Below, piece after piece: positions 1 to 9,612 of a stretch of 38,201 nt of DNA. Position 1 is the stretch's first letter; each line of letters begins with the position of its first letter. The stretch is from positions 1 through 38,201 of the IMG/VR virus record IMGVR_UViG_3300014208_000080. One strand, written 5' to 3'. Source of the DNA: a virus. Lineage: Duplodnaviria; Caudoviricetes. The notes below the pieces were generated by a model. That model searched no databases, had not been told where the DNA came from, and saw only the letters and a list, made by a program, of their open reading frames with translations. Both the position numbers and the translations under genes were made by a program.

Positions 1-123
1 GTCGTTTCAGATGCAATCAAGAAAGGGGTGTTTTATCCAAACCGCAATTCCTTCTTGTGCAGTAAAAAGTATTGTTCCTTTTGGAATGAGTGTGAGAAAA
101 AATATGGAGGGATAGTTAAATGA
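1..123 (+). CDS. 3' end of a PD-(D/E)XK Cas4/RecB-like exonuclease (partial)
   Basis: Frame 1 reads VVSDAIKKGVFYPNRNSFLCSKKYCSFWNECEKKYGGIVK*. The C-terminal three-Cys cluster is typical of Fe-S Cas4/AddB-like phage nucleases. It lies upstream of recT. Confidence 0.6.
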   Translation, partial: VVSDAIKKGVFYPNRNSFLCSKKYCSFWNECEKKYGGIVK

Positions 124-311
124 TATTTGTCAACAGACAATTGGTCACTGATATCCTTATCAATGTTGAGGTTTGTACAAATAATTATTCTGTTGAGAGA
201 ATGTTGAAAAATAAATTTTTACTTATGAAAGTCTCTTGGATGGCAGTTCTTCTTCTGCTTAAAATTGTTTTTTCTCCATACAAGCAAGACAGTCACAACA
301 GCAGATTTTAA
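120..311 (+). CDS. hypothetical protein
   Basis: 63-aa ORF overlapping the upstream stop (ATGA); no motif recognised. Confidence 0.3.
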   Translation: MIFVNRQLVTDILINVEVCTNNYSVERMLKNKFLLMKVSWMAVLLLLKIVFSPYKQDSHNSRF

Positions 312-384
312 AGAGTGCTTAGCTCATTATTAATACAAACTTCTCCTAAAAATCTCATATCACATAAACGAAAGGTTAATAAAA

Positions 385-1539
385 ATGTCAGATAAACAAC
401 TCACCGTAAGTCAGAGTTCGATCACAAATAAAAGCAATAAAGGAACGATAGCTCATTTACTGGAATCACAGAAAAAACAAATCGCTTTGGCGCTTCCAAA
501 GCATTTAACGCCGGATCGGTTAATGCGTGTTGCTTTAACTGCATTGAGTAAGAATCCCAAATTACTTGAATGTTCCCCTACTTCCCTTTTGGGTTCGGTC
601 ATTCAAAGCGCACAGTTGGGTTTAGAACCGGACGGCGCACTTGGTGAGGCTTATTTAATTCCGTTTACTAAAAATTTCAAAGATGAAAAAGGTAATTGGC
701 AGCGCAAGATGGAATGTCAGTTCATGCCTGGTTATCGCGGTATTGCAAAACTTGTCAGAAACAGCGGTGATGTCATCTCTGTTTCTGCAAAAGATGTTTG
801 TGAGAATGATCTGTTTGAATTTGAATATGGAAGTAATGAAAAATTAATTCATAAACCCGCAATGAAAGATCGCGGAACAGTAATTTATTTTTACGCATAC
901 GCAAGATTAAAAGACGGCGGATTTCAATTTGAGATCATGAGCAAAGAGGAAGTCGATCTCATTAAATATCAAGCATATCGAAAGAACAATCCCAAGAATA
1001 AGGATAAAAGCAATTCGGAAATAGAAAAATTGATTGATGGAGTTTGGAAAGATTATTATGTAGAGATGGCGCGTAAAACCGTTTTCAAAAAATTATCAAA
1101 ATACCTCCCGATGTCGGTTGAAGCTGCTAAAGTTTTTGAGATCGAAGAAAATCGGGAGTTAGGAAGAACTGTAACTTCCGATATTCTCAACATCAACACA
1201 GAGACCGGTGAATTAACTACAATTGAAACTTCGGAAGATGAATCTGTTCCTACAGAACAACAAATGAACGTTGAAGACTTGAAAATGACTGAAGCAAAAG
1301 TGGTCGAAGAAACTACCAACTCTAACGCTGAACAACCAAATCCGGATAGAGAGTACCAGGAGGTTTTCACTTCCGGGTTACTCAATAAAATTGGGAAAAC
1401 AAAAACTGAACAAGAACTGCTCAATCTCATCTCTGAAAATGATACGGAGGTAAGCACTTTCCCAAATTCAAAAATCACGCAAATTCAAATCGCTTCGAAA
1501 AAGCAATTTGATTTATTAAAAGTTAAGAAAGGTAAATAA
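385..1539 (+). CDS. recT: RecT-family ssDNA-annealing recombinase
   Basis: ALPKHLTPDRLMRVAL, AQLGLEPDGALGEAYLIPF, QFMPGYRG, MARKTVFKKLSKYLP; acidic C-terminal tail. Confidence 0.95.
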   Translation: MSDKQLTVSQSSITNKSNKGTIAHLLESQKKQIALALPKHLTPDRLMRVALTALSKNPKLLECSPTSLLGSVIQSAQLGLEPDGALGEAYLIPFTKNFKDEKGNWQRKMECQFMPGYRGIAKLVRNSGDVISVSAKDVCENDLFEFEYGSNEKLIHKPAMKDRGTVIYFYAYARLKDGGFQFEIMSKEEVDLIKYQAYRKNNPKNKDKSNSEIEKLIDGVWKDYYVEMARKTVFKKLSKYLPMSVEAAKVFEIEENRELGRTVTSDILNINTETGELTTIETSEDESVPTEQQMNVEDLKMTEAKVVEETTNSNAEQPNPDREYQEVFTSGLLNKIGKTKTEQELLNLISENDTEVSTFPNSKITQIQIASKKQFDLLKVKKGK

Positions 1540-1544
1540 TCTTA

Positions 1545-1745
1545 ATGTCCAATAAAACGAAACGAATATTAAAACATCTTTCCCCGATCAAAGGGGAAGG
1601 TGTTAAAAATCTAAACTTTAAACTTCCAAAAAATCTTTGGATGAAGTTAAATATCAAAGCCAACCAATCTGATAAATATGTCAATCAATATATGATTGAT
1701 CTGATCATCAAAGATACCGACGGAATTGAGGTGAAAGTAAAGTGA
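1545..1745 (+). CDS. small ribbon-helix-helix-like DNA-binding protein
   Basis: NLNFKLPKNLWMKLNIKA...VNQYMIDLI has a beta-alpha-alpha pattern like Arc/CopG. Confidence 0.55.
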   Translation: MSNKTKRILKHLSPIKGEGVKNLNFKLPKNLWMKLNIKANQSDKYVNQYMIDLIIKDTDGIEVKVK

Positions 1746-2260
1746 TACCAAAACTAAGTGAAGAGAATAAGGAACCGGTGAACATCAATTGGGGGAATGT
1801 TTCTCGAAGCATTACTCTATTCATTCCCGGTATTCCTCAGCCCAAACAATCGGTACGATCACGCATTGTTAACGCCGGTGATAAATCATATGTCTCTCAT
1901 TATCAGAGCAAAGAAGTTAAGGAAGCGGAGAAGAATATTAGATCGATCGTCATTACCCAGCTTCCTTCAGGTTTTCTCCCTTTCAGCAAAGGAGTAGTCA
2001 TAACAAAACTGCATTACTCGTTTCCACCGCTAAAATCGTTTAGTAAAAAATCGTTAGCCAGGATCGAATCGGGAGAAGGTATAGTTAAAACAACGAAACC
2101 GGACCTGACGGATAATCTCAACAAAGGAGTATTCGATGCGTTGCAAGGATTAGTATTCATAAATGATTCTCAGATTTGTGGACTTAATAATTGCAAAAAG
2201 TTTTATTCAAATTCACCCGGGATATCTTTGGTGATGGAAGAACTTGACGGCACTATCTAA
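1742..2260 (+). CDS. rusA: RusA-family Holliday junction resolvase
   Basis: IPGIPQPKQSVR, KPDLTDNLNKGVFDAL, INDSQI. Confidence 0.88.
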   Translation: MIPKLSEENKEPVNINWGNVSRSITLFIPGIPQPKQSVRSRIVNAGDKSYVSHYQSKEVKEAEKNIRSIVITQLPSGFLPFSKGVVITKLHYSFPPLKSFSKKSLARIESGEGIVKTTKPDLTDNLNKGVFDALQGLVFINDSQICGLNNCKKFYSNSPGISLVMEELDGTI

Positions 2261-2315
2261 AATTCATTTCAATTAATTACAAACAAAAAAAATAGAACTC
2301 AAAGGAACAATAACT

Positions 2316-2912
2316 ATGCATAAATTATGTTTTATCGATGTAGAAACAACCGGTTTAGACCCGAAGAAAAACGGCATCATTCAAATCGCGGGTGAAATTG
2401 TTTTCGGTCTTAATACCGTCTACACGGTGATTGAAACTTTTAACTTCACTCTCCAACCTTTCGTATTTGATGAGATCAATGCCAAGGCTTTGGAAGTAAA
2501 TGGAAAAACCGAAGAACAAATTTTTAGATATAAAGAACCTAAAGAAATTTTAACTTCACTCCTTGCCATTCTGAACCGTCATGTTGATAAATACAATCCG
2601 AATGACAGATATTTTTTCACCGGATACAAAGCTGATTTTGATTATGATTTTATGAAGGAATGGTTCGCTAAAAATCAAAACCGAGACTTTATGAAATATT
2701 TCTACTTCCCCGCTCTCGATGTTTTGCAGCTTGCATTATTCAATCTGAAAAGTGAACGGGCTTCTCTGCCTAATTTTAAATTAGGTACTGTTGCAAAACA
2801 CTTGAACATTTCCGCTGAGGGGACTCTGCATGATGCTAAAACGGATGTGCTGCTCACAAAGGGAATTTTTATGCACTATCATCAAGTCGGAGGAGGACAA
2901 AATGAAATGTAA
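2316..2912 (+). CDS. DEDDh 3'-5' exonuclease (DnaQ-like)
   Basis: FIDVETTGLD, DFDYDF and LHDAKTD match the ExoI, II and III motifs. Confidence 0.92.
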   Translation: MHKLCFIDVETTGLDPKKNGIIQIAGEIVFGLNTVYTVIETFNFTLQPFVFDEINAKALEVNGKTEEQIFRYKEPKEILTSLLAILNRHVDKYNPNDRYFFTGYKADFDYDFMKEWFAKNQNRDFMKYFYFPALDVLQLALFNLKSERASLPNFKLGTVAKHLNISAEGTLHDAKTDVLLTKGIFMHYHQVGGGQNEM

Positions 2913-3195
2913 GTATGAGAAATGTAACAATGAAACAGACAGAATATTCTGTTCTGTTTCGTGCGCACAAAAACACCGCTATTCTTTAGTAAAAGTGTGT
3001 AAACAGTGCGGGAAACCGAAAGATCGCGGCGGATTGCTTTGCACGGCTTGTGTAGCTGCCAATATTGTAAAATCACATAAAGTAGAAAATCCCAAACGTA
3101 TTAATTCAAGAAATAAGATTTCTAAATTTATTCAGCGTACTCAATTACCTATGCGGGATGATATTGTAGCGATCGCCTATGGCTGGATGTTGTAA
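2902..3195 (+). CDS. Cys-rich putative Zn-binding protein
   Basis: Start moved to the ATG at 2902 after GGAGG. Contains CKYEKC, FCSVSC, CKQC and CTAC. Confidence 0.65.
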   Translation: MKCKYEKCNNETDRIFCSVSCAQKHRYSLVKVCKQCGKPKDRGGLLCTACVAANIVKSHKVENPKRINSRNKISKFIQRTQLPMRDDIVAIAYGWML

Positions 3196-3370
3196 TATGA
3201 ATAACTGCAGCACCGGTCTATGGATAGCCAGAATACTTTTTTCTTTGGCAGTTTTTTATTTCTTAGATCAAGGGAAAGTACTTTATGCTGAGATTATTGG
3301 GACTGCTTTATTCTTTTCATTCATCGCGATTGAGGAGGTTTCTGACGACTCTAACACGGATGTTGAATAA
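3179..3370 (+). CDS. small membrane protein
   Basis: Two hydrophobic segments; sits within the operon. Confidence 0.5.
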   Translation: MAGCCNMNNCSTGLWIARILFSLAVFYFLDQGKVLYAEIIGTALFFSFIAIEEVSDDSNTDVE

Positions 3371-3434
3371 ACCCCTCTTCGTGATGAGCTCTTATCAAAT
3401 AATTTATTAAAATCATATTTACCAGGATCAAACT

Positions 3435-3860
3435 ATGGAACGGTACACAGAAAAATTACCGGTCACTCTTTCAGAAGATGAAAAACAAGAGATCGCTGAG
3501 GAATTGACTTCACTCGAAATTAGACTTTCTATAATCGAAAAAGAGAAAACCGAATACAATAAGGATGCTAACGAACAGATAAAATCTTTACGTTTGCAAG
3601 CACTTGAATTGTCAAATCAATATCAAACTACTCAAATAAAGGAAGTTGATTGCTATTTCGTGTTCGATCAACCGGAAGCCGGACAAAAAACAATTTATCG
3701 GAGCGACACCGGAGAAATGATCAGAGTAACTGATATGAATATCTTCGATGTTCCAACTCATGCTCCCAATAGTGGTATGAAGATATCGCAACTAATGTTA
3801 AATGCTCCCGAAGATGTCGAATTTGAAGAGGAGGTCGAGATTTTTCATGAAAATTCGTGA
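3435..3860 (+). CDS. hypothetical phage protein (coiled-coil N-terminus)
   Basis: 141-aa ORF with AGGA RBS, heptad-like N-terminus and YRSDTGEMIR. Confidence 0.7.
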   Translation: MERYTEKLPVTLSEDEKQEIAEELTSLEIRLSIIEKEKTEYNKDANEQIKSLRLQALELSNQYQTTQIKEVDCYFVFDQPEAGQKTIYRSDTGEMIRVTDMNIFDVPTHAPNSGMKISQLMLNAPEDVEFEEEVEIFHENS

Positions 3861-4140
3861 TAGAAACGTTTATTCCAATGACAAATTACTTGCACAGAAT
3901 TCAGCAAAAATACAATTGGAATTCTGTCGTCTGAACGTTGAATATTTGCGCAAAGTCGATAGAAACAGCAAGATGGGGAAAGCCCTAACTTCTTTTGAAG
4001 AAATGCGTAAACGTAATGAGTCTTTTTCTCCTAACCAATTGAAATATATCGACGGAATTTATGAAGCAATCTGGAAAGGATCTGATTTCCCTTCTGTTCC
4101 CATGCATATTGACAAGAAAAAGAAAGGGCTCCGGTACTAA
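3847..4140 (+). CDS. hypothetical protein
   Basis: Probable start MKIRDRN after GGAGG; abuts the initiator gene. Confidence 0.6.
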   Translation: MKIRDRNVYSNDKLLAQNSAKIQLEFCRLNVEYLRKVDRNSKMGKALTSFEEMRKRNESFSPNQLKYIDGIYEAIWKGSDFPSVPMHIDKKKKGLRY

Positions 4141-4851
4141 ATGAGAAAGAGAATGATCCATCCGAAAATTTGGGAAAGCGCCTTTGACAAAAATTGGAAT
4201 GCCAATATTTTGGTAGTTTTTATTGCTGCTATTTCAAATGCAGATGACGAAGGAATCGGGCGCATCTCTGCTCTAAAAAAACTCACTTCGGGTCTTGTCC
4301 GTGCTAACAACTTCACAAAATCATTGAGTTCTCTACACGAAGAGATCATAATCTATGATGTTTTGTACTACTTCGTGCCTAAGTGGAGAGAGTATCAAAC
4401 GATCAACAGACCGACACCAACTTCATTCCCGAAACCTTCGCATATATTATTCAAGGAGTTAGCGTCAAAAACTCATGGAATACTCATTGAGGAATCAGTG
4501 AGCACTCACGGAGTACTCACGCCTAATAGAATAGAAGATAGTTTAAAAGAAGAGAATAGAATAGAAGGGAACTCTACCCTATCTCTATTTTCTTTTTTTA
4601 GAATTAATGAAAACGACATGAATGATTCTGTACTAGAACGAGCAGATAAATTAATTAAGCAATATTCTTTTGAAAAAGTAAAATCTGTTTTTATCGATGT
4701 TTCTAGTTTGCCAATAGCTAAAAGGAACATCGCTTACATTGAAAAAATTCTTACTAACCCTGGACACAAAATAGCTGTTCCAACTACACCTTCGGAGAAG
4801 CCTGCACAGTACAGAAATTTAACCCCTACTTTTGAGGATTTTCAAAAATGA
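4141..4851 (+). CDS. phage replication initiator
   Basis: N-terminal RKRMIHPKIW...ADDEGIG...WREYQTINRP, DnaD-like AYIEKIL at the C-terminus, internal DNA repeats, directly upstream of dnaB. Confidence 0.78.
   Translation: MRKRMIHPKIWESAFDKNWNANILVVFIAAISNADDEGIGRISALKKLTSGLVRANNFTKSLSSLHEEIIIYDVLYYFVPKWREYQTINRPTPTSFPKPSHILFKELASKTHGILIEESVSTHGVLTPNRIEDSLKEENRIEGNSTLSLFSFFRINENDMNDSVLERADKLIKQYSFEKVKSVFIDVSSLPIAKRNIAYIEKILTNPGHKIAVPTTPSEKPAQYRNLTPTFEDFQK
4471..4567. repeat. iteron-like repeats, putative replication origin
   Basis: ACTCATGGAATACTCA (4471-4486) and ACTCACGGAGTACTCA (4504-4519), then AATAGAATAGAAG twice (4525, 4555). Confidence 0.6.
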
Positions 4852-6284
4852 TGGATGCTAAAGAACGAATTGCTTATGAGAGAAAAATCATTGCTTCAAT
4901 TTTGCAAACAGAAAATAATTTTGCAGAGGTAATTTCGTTTGGACTTACGGATGATATTTTTCAAAGTCAGTTATGCAAGGATGCATATAATGCAGCGTTA
5001 AAATATGTGTTCGAAAAAGATAAGTTCCCTAACCATGTTGACTTGTATGCATATTTGATCCCAAGTACAAACAAAGAACTGAAAAATTTTATCCTTTTCT
5101 TAGGCAATTCTTCTTACGAATTACAAGTGATGCCATTTGTTAAACACTTACTTGATCAGAATGTAACAAACGATCTGGCGATAATTGCAAAAGACATTCA
5201 GACATCAAATCTTTTAGGATTGGATTTAGCGCACGATGTAAACGAGAGAATCACAAAGATCATTTACAAGTATTTCCAGAAATATGTTATGGATAAGTCG
5301 ATGGATCAAAACATTGATATATTTATTGCAAATGTACGTGAAGCTAAATCGGGTAAATCCCACCAATACATTCCCACCGGAATAAAAAACATTGATAACA
5401 TCATCATCGGATTTCATAAAAAATCTGTTTGTGTCATTGGAGCCAGACCGGGTATCGGTAAAACTGCTTTCATGCAGCAATGTAATCGGAATCTCATTGC
5501 ACAAGGTTATAAAACCGGAATTATCTCAATCGAAATGGATGCAGAAAGTTTGATCGTAAGGGATGTTTCAGCTATGACTAAATGTGATTCTGTTTTAATC
5601 GAATCGGGTAATCTTGGAGAAGCTGAAATGCAACTCGTAGAAAATGCCACAGATCGCCTCAGAGAACAAAACTACCAGATAGACGAGGATTCACACCAAA
5701 CTCCTAAGAAGATCATGGCTACGATCAATAAATGGAAAGTACAGCATAATATCCATGCAATCTTCATCGATTATTTGCAGCTTATCAAAGCGGATGATCC
5801 AAAAGATAAAGTTTCTTCAAGACACGATCTCGTTATCGCACAAATCTCAGAAGAATTTCGGAAGTTCGCGAAGACTACCGGTACTCCGATCATTCTGCTC
5901 AGTCAGTTGAATCGTAACAACGAAGCCAGACATGACAAACGCCCTCAGCTTTCGGACCTTCGGGAAAGCGGAGCCATTGAACAAGATGCAAGACAAGTTT
6001 TACTTTTGCATTGTCCTGATTATTACAAGATTGATCCTTACGATGGCAAAGAAATCAATATGGTTTGTGTGAATGGTGAGAGTTTATGCAAAGAAGAATA
6101 TTTTGAAGTCATAATTGCTAAAAATCGTGGAGGATTAACCGGTATAACTACTTTGCGCTACATGAAACCCATACATACATTTGAAAATGTTCACTACAAA
6201 CCAAAGGAATCGATGCACTTACCGGAAAAATCATATCACGAACCTAAAGAAAATGAAGTCAAACAAGAGGTATTAATTTTCTAA
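4848..6284 (+). CDS. dnaB: replicative DNA helicase
   Basis: GARPGIGKT, IDYLQL, LSQLNR, DLRESGAIEQDA, IIAKNRGG. Confidence 0.95.
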   Translation: MMDAKERIAYERKIIASILQTENNFAEVISFGLTDDIFQSQLCKDAYNAALKYVFEKDKFPNHVDLYAYLIPSTNKELKNFILFLGNSSYELQVMPFVKHLLDQNVTNDLAIIAKDIQTSNLLGLDLAHDVNERITKIIYKYFQKYVMDKSMDQNIDIFIANVREAKSGKSHQYIPTGIKNIDNIIIGFHKKSVCVIGARPGIGKTAFMQQCNRNLIAQGYKTGIISIEMDAESLIVRDVSAMTKCDSVLIESGNLGEAEMQLVENATDRLREQNYQIDEDSHQTPKKIMATINKWKVQHNIHAIFIDYLQLIKADDPKDKVSSRHDLVIAQISEEFRKFAKTTGTPIILLSQLNRNNEARHDKRPQLSDLRESGAIEQDARQVLLLHCPDYYKIDPYDGKEINMVCVNGESLCKEEYFEVIIAKNRGGLTGITTLRYMKPIHTFENVHYKPKESMHLPEKSYHEPKENEVKQEVLIF

Positions 6285-6298
6285 CTCATCTCCGCTTC

Positions 6299-7131
6299 GG
6301 GATTTTCCGTTATAGGTTTTGCAATATGTTTTATTTGCGACGGAAAATCCCTTCGCTAGCATAAATGATTAAAAAACGAAACGCAAAAGTAATTCATCGT
6401 TCCGTTCTTACTTTTGCTAATTTTTCCCTTCCTTAAATTCCGGGAAAAATTCATCGCAAACTCAAAATGTAAATCGCAGTTTCGGAATTTTAATTCATCG
6501 TTATCGTTCGTTCTCAAAATTCCTTCATTCTTTGCTTCCTTTAATTCCGCAAAGAATTTCAAAGTCTTTCGATTCGCTCCGGTCAGTCGCTATCGCTCCC
6601 TCCCTGCGCTCCATCGGTTTACCTGCGGTGCTACCTGCTGCAGTAATCTCATAAATACACCGGCATAACCTTGGCTAAAACGGAATTCCCTCTTAAACCG
6701 CTAATCACGGTTTAACCCATTCCGTTTTATCGCCGGAATACAATTGGAAGAATTGAAAGGTTTTCTTTAATCTCAAAACATTGCGGGAGGAGGCAAAAAC
6801 TTTACGGTAGTACGGTGATAAATCAAAATTATTATTTCTGATTGATTACGAGGTACAAAGTAATTTTGATTTTTCACCTTTACATAATGCGGTATTATCT
6901 TGCAGACTTAATAGGGGTAGTTGAAGTGTCTGCAAGATAAATCGACATTATGCAAACTACCTATTTTTGCCCCTCCCTTAGCTGCAAATACAGATGAGGC
7001 TTGTACATGGTTTTTCTTTTGCTTATCGCCAAAATACCACGCCAAACCTCTTAAATGTTCCGCTTTTTCCCCTCATAAATCCTTTTTATATCTCTTGCGG
7101 AAAGCTGCACAGACATTTTTAACATTTGAAC
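6299..7131. other. structured non-coding region A (hairpin array; candidate ssDNA element or ncRNA)
   Basis: Perfect inverted repeats at 6299-6310/6340-6351, 6383-6392/6408-6417, 6435-6442/6483-6490, 6527-6535/6549-6557, 6676-6686/6719-6729 and 6895-6907/6928-6940; 17/18 match at 6814-6831/6861-6878. Confidence 0.75.
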
Positions 7132-7800
7132 AGAAATGATTTTGTCCCATTCAGTAAGTTTTTTATCAACTTAAAATTTCGAAGAGGGAGTATTTTACAA
7201 CTGAACAATTGAAAATTGATACTCCTCATTATTTAATAAAAACTATCCCCGATTGTTTATAAAAATTATATCCTTCTTTGTCAATTGCAAATAAATGCGT
7301 GGAATAAAATAAACTTGCTTTTTTAATTTGTTTACTTTATTTTTCATTTAAGCAAAGATAATTAATACTAAGACCGTATGAATTATGTGCGGGTTACTGA
7401 TAGACCACCCCAAACCCCAAAGAAAAGAATAGAAACACAAGTGCGACAATAAATACTTGAACAAAGGATCAATTCAATAAAATAGTTTTAGCTATTTAAC
7501 TAATGAAGGAAGCTTGGGTAATTTTCTAGACATAGTTTTATACAATCCGTGGGAAGCGGATTCCTCTCTTATCAGCGGTGGTGGAAGGGAAAGATGCAGC
7601 TAAATGTATTTCTCTCTTTACTTCCTCTCGTTTATGAAACTCCCGAAGTTTTTATACAAATATTCATTCAATCATTTTTCCTCTCGTTCATTCACCAAAA
7701 CTATCCGACAGGTTTTATATAACTTTGCTAAAGAGATTGTTGTTATCTCCCGCGCAAGGAGCGCCGGGAGCTTTCCCTAAATATTTTTAAGGTATTAAAC

Positions 7801-9576
7801 GTGAAAAAGATAGTGGTTTGTTGGTTGTTGGTGGTAGTTAATTTTTTTTCTTTTGCACAGCAAAGCAGACAAGAAAAGCTACAGCAGTTAAAAACCCGTG
7901 AGGATATTAAAGTTACAGAAGTAGAAAAAGACATACTTAAACTCGAATACCGGAACGGTATAACTCTCTATAAAAACATTGGCGATTATAAACCGCCAAT
8001 TACAAACGCTTTGCAAAAAACAATCCACTCACCAACTTACGACAGCACAATAATAGACCTCAATTCGATTGACACGATGCTTTATTATCAAAAATACAAA
8101 TACTGGCAGGAAGTACCTATTAGTAATCTTGGTTTTAACCATACGATGATAGGCGATGTAAATAAGAATGGGAGACCTGAGTTATATGGTGCAAGAAAAC
8201 TTTATAATACAGAATATGAACCTGTAACTGTTTATGAACTCAATAATACAGGCAAGTTTCAGTTTGTACATCAATATGATTCAGTTATGGATTGTTGGAA
8301 TATCTACGATTTTGACAAAGATGGAAAAGAGGAAGTTCACCTTGGAATGGGTGGAGTGTGGGGTGTAATCCCTTCACAACGCTTCTTCTCAAAACCAAAC
8401 GATAATTCTTTAGCCACACTACTTGATTTTGCGTTTATTCCTCAAGGTGAATATTATCAAATGAATGATGCCCAGTTAGGTGACTATGACAATGACGGAA
8501 AAACCGACTTACTTTGTGCTGCAGGGGCTGGAAGGGGAAGAATGCATATTTATGAGTACAATTCTGCAACAAAGACGTTTGATTCTGTTTACCAATTTCA
8601 AACAGTTGAGAATGGACCATTAGCAGTTTCCGGTTTTTCAGTAGCTGATTTTGATCTTGATGGTAAAACGGATATTGTTTTTGGTACCGGCTCTGGAGCT
8701 GTACATGTAATTGAGAACCAAGGAGATAACCAATACACACACAGTTGGCAAGGGATGGTAGAAACTTACGGAGCTTATACACATACTTGGACACACGACA
8801 TAGACAGAAATGGGAAACCCGAATTCTGGGTTCTAGGTAATGCATTTTATGATGATGGTGCCAAAACCAGAATAACACTGTTTGAAACTAACGGTGATAA
8901 CAGTTATGAAGCTGTAGGTAAGATTGATCTGATTGGTGCACTCGCCTGGGATGCCGGAACAATGCAAGCTATTGATATTGATAAAGACGGTATTGATGAA
9001 GTTGCTATTTGTATAGACGGCAATTTCTTGATTCTAAAATTCAATGGAAGTCAATCCCATCAGACATATGAGGTTTATTATATTAAACAAGATGGAAACC
9101 ATCCGCCTGATGAATTTGACAGGTACTATGGCGCAACAATGGCAGATTTACAAAATAACGGCAGCTACGAAGTTTTGCTGTCTATGATGCACGTAAAGTA
9201 TAATTTTAATCCAAATTTAAGTAAAGGCCAATTTGCAACAGTAATTTACAAACCCGATACTACCACAAGTACAATTGAATTAAGTGATCAGTTTCAATAC
9301 ACTTTCTGTCTGCAGCAGAATTATCCAAGTCCGTTTAATCCAAAAACAACCGTTAGTTTTACATTAAGCCGGTCAATTACTACTTCAATAAAAGTCTATA
9401 ATATTTTAGGGAAAGAAATAACAACATTAATCGAAGAAAATCTTTCTGCCGGAGAACACTCAGTTCAATGGAACGGAAAAGACGATAAAAGTAACCTCCT
9501 CTCGGGAGGCGTTTACTTTATTCAAATGATAGCAGGAAGCTATCAAAAAACAATTAAAACAGTTTTACTAAAATAA
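7801..9576 (+). CDS. FG-GAP/VCBS-repeat beta-propeller protein with T9SS type A sorting domain
   Basis: Signal peptide; seven DxD/NxD/NG repeats (e.g. GDYDNDGKTDL, ADFDLDGKTDI); C-terminal QNYPSPFNP...GVYFIQM...KTVLLK. Confidence 0.9.
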   Translation: MKKIVVCWLLVVVNFFSFAQQSRQEKLQQLKTREDIKVTEVEKDILKLEYRNGITLYKNIGDYKPPITNALQKTIHSPTYDSTIIDLNSIDTMLYYQKYKYWQEVPISNLGFNHTMIGDVNKNGRPELYGARKLYNTEYEPVTVYELNNTGKFQFVHQYDSVMDCWNIYDFDKDGKEEVHLGMGGVWGVIPSQRFFSKPNDNSLATLLDFAFIPQGEYYQMNDAQLGDYDNDGKTDLLCAAGAGRGRMHIYEYNSATKTFDSVYQFQTVENGPLAVSGFSVADFDLDGKTDIVFGTGSGAVHVIENQGDNQYTHSWQGMVETYGAYTHTWTHDIDRNGKPEFWVLGNAFYDDGAKTRITLFETNGDNSYEAVGKIDLIGALAWDAGTMQAIDIDKDGIDEVAICIDGNFLILKFNGSQSHQTYEVYYIKQDGNHPPDEFDRYYGATMADLQNNGSYEVLLSMMHVKYNFNPNLSKGQFATVIYKPDTTTSTIELSDQFQYTFCLQQNYPSPFNPKTTVSFTLSRSITTSIKVYNILGKEITTLIEENLSAGEHSVQWNGKDDKSNLLSGGVYFIQMIAGSYQKTIKTVLLK

Positions 9577-9612
9577 AATTTAACCCGTAAAAAACGGGGA
9601 AGGAATAAAAAA

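Noticed and set aside
6356-7139. ORFs 6356-6562, 6414-6668 and 6921-7139
   Set aside because: Biased composition, no RBS or motifs, and they coincide with the hairpin array, so they are likely by-products of structured DNA.
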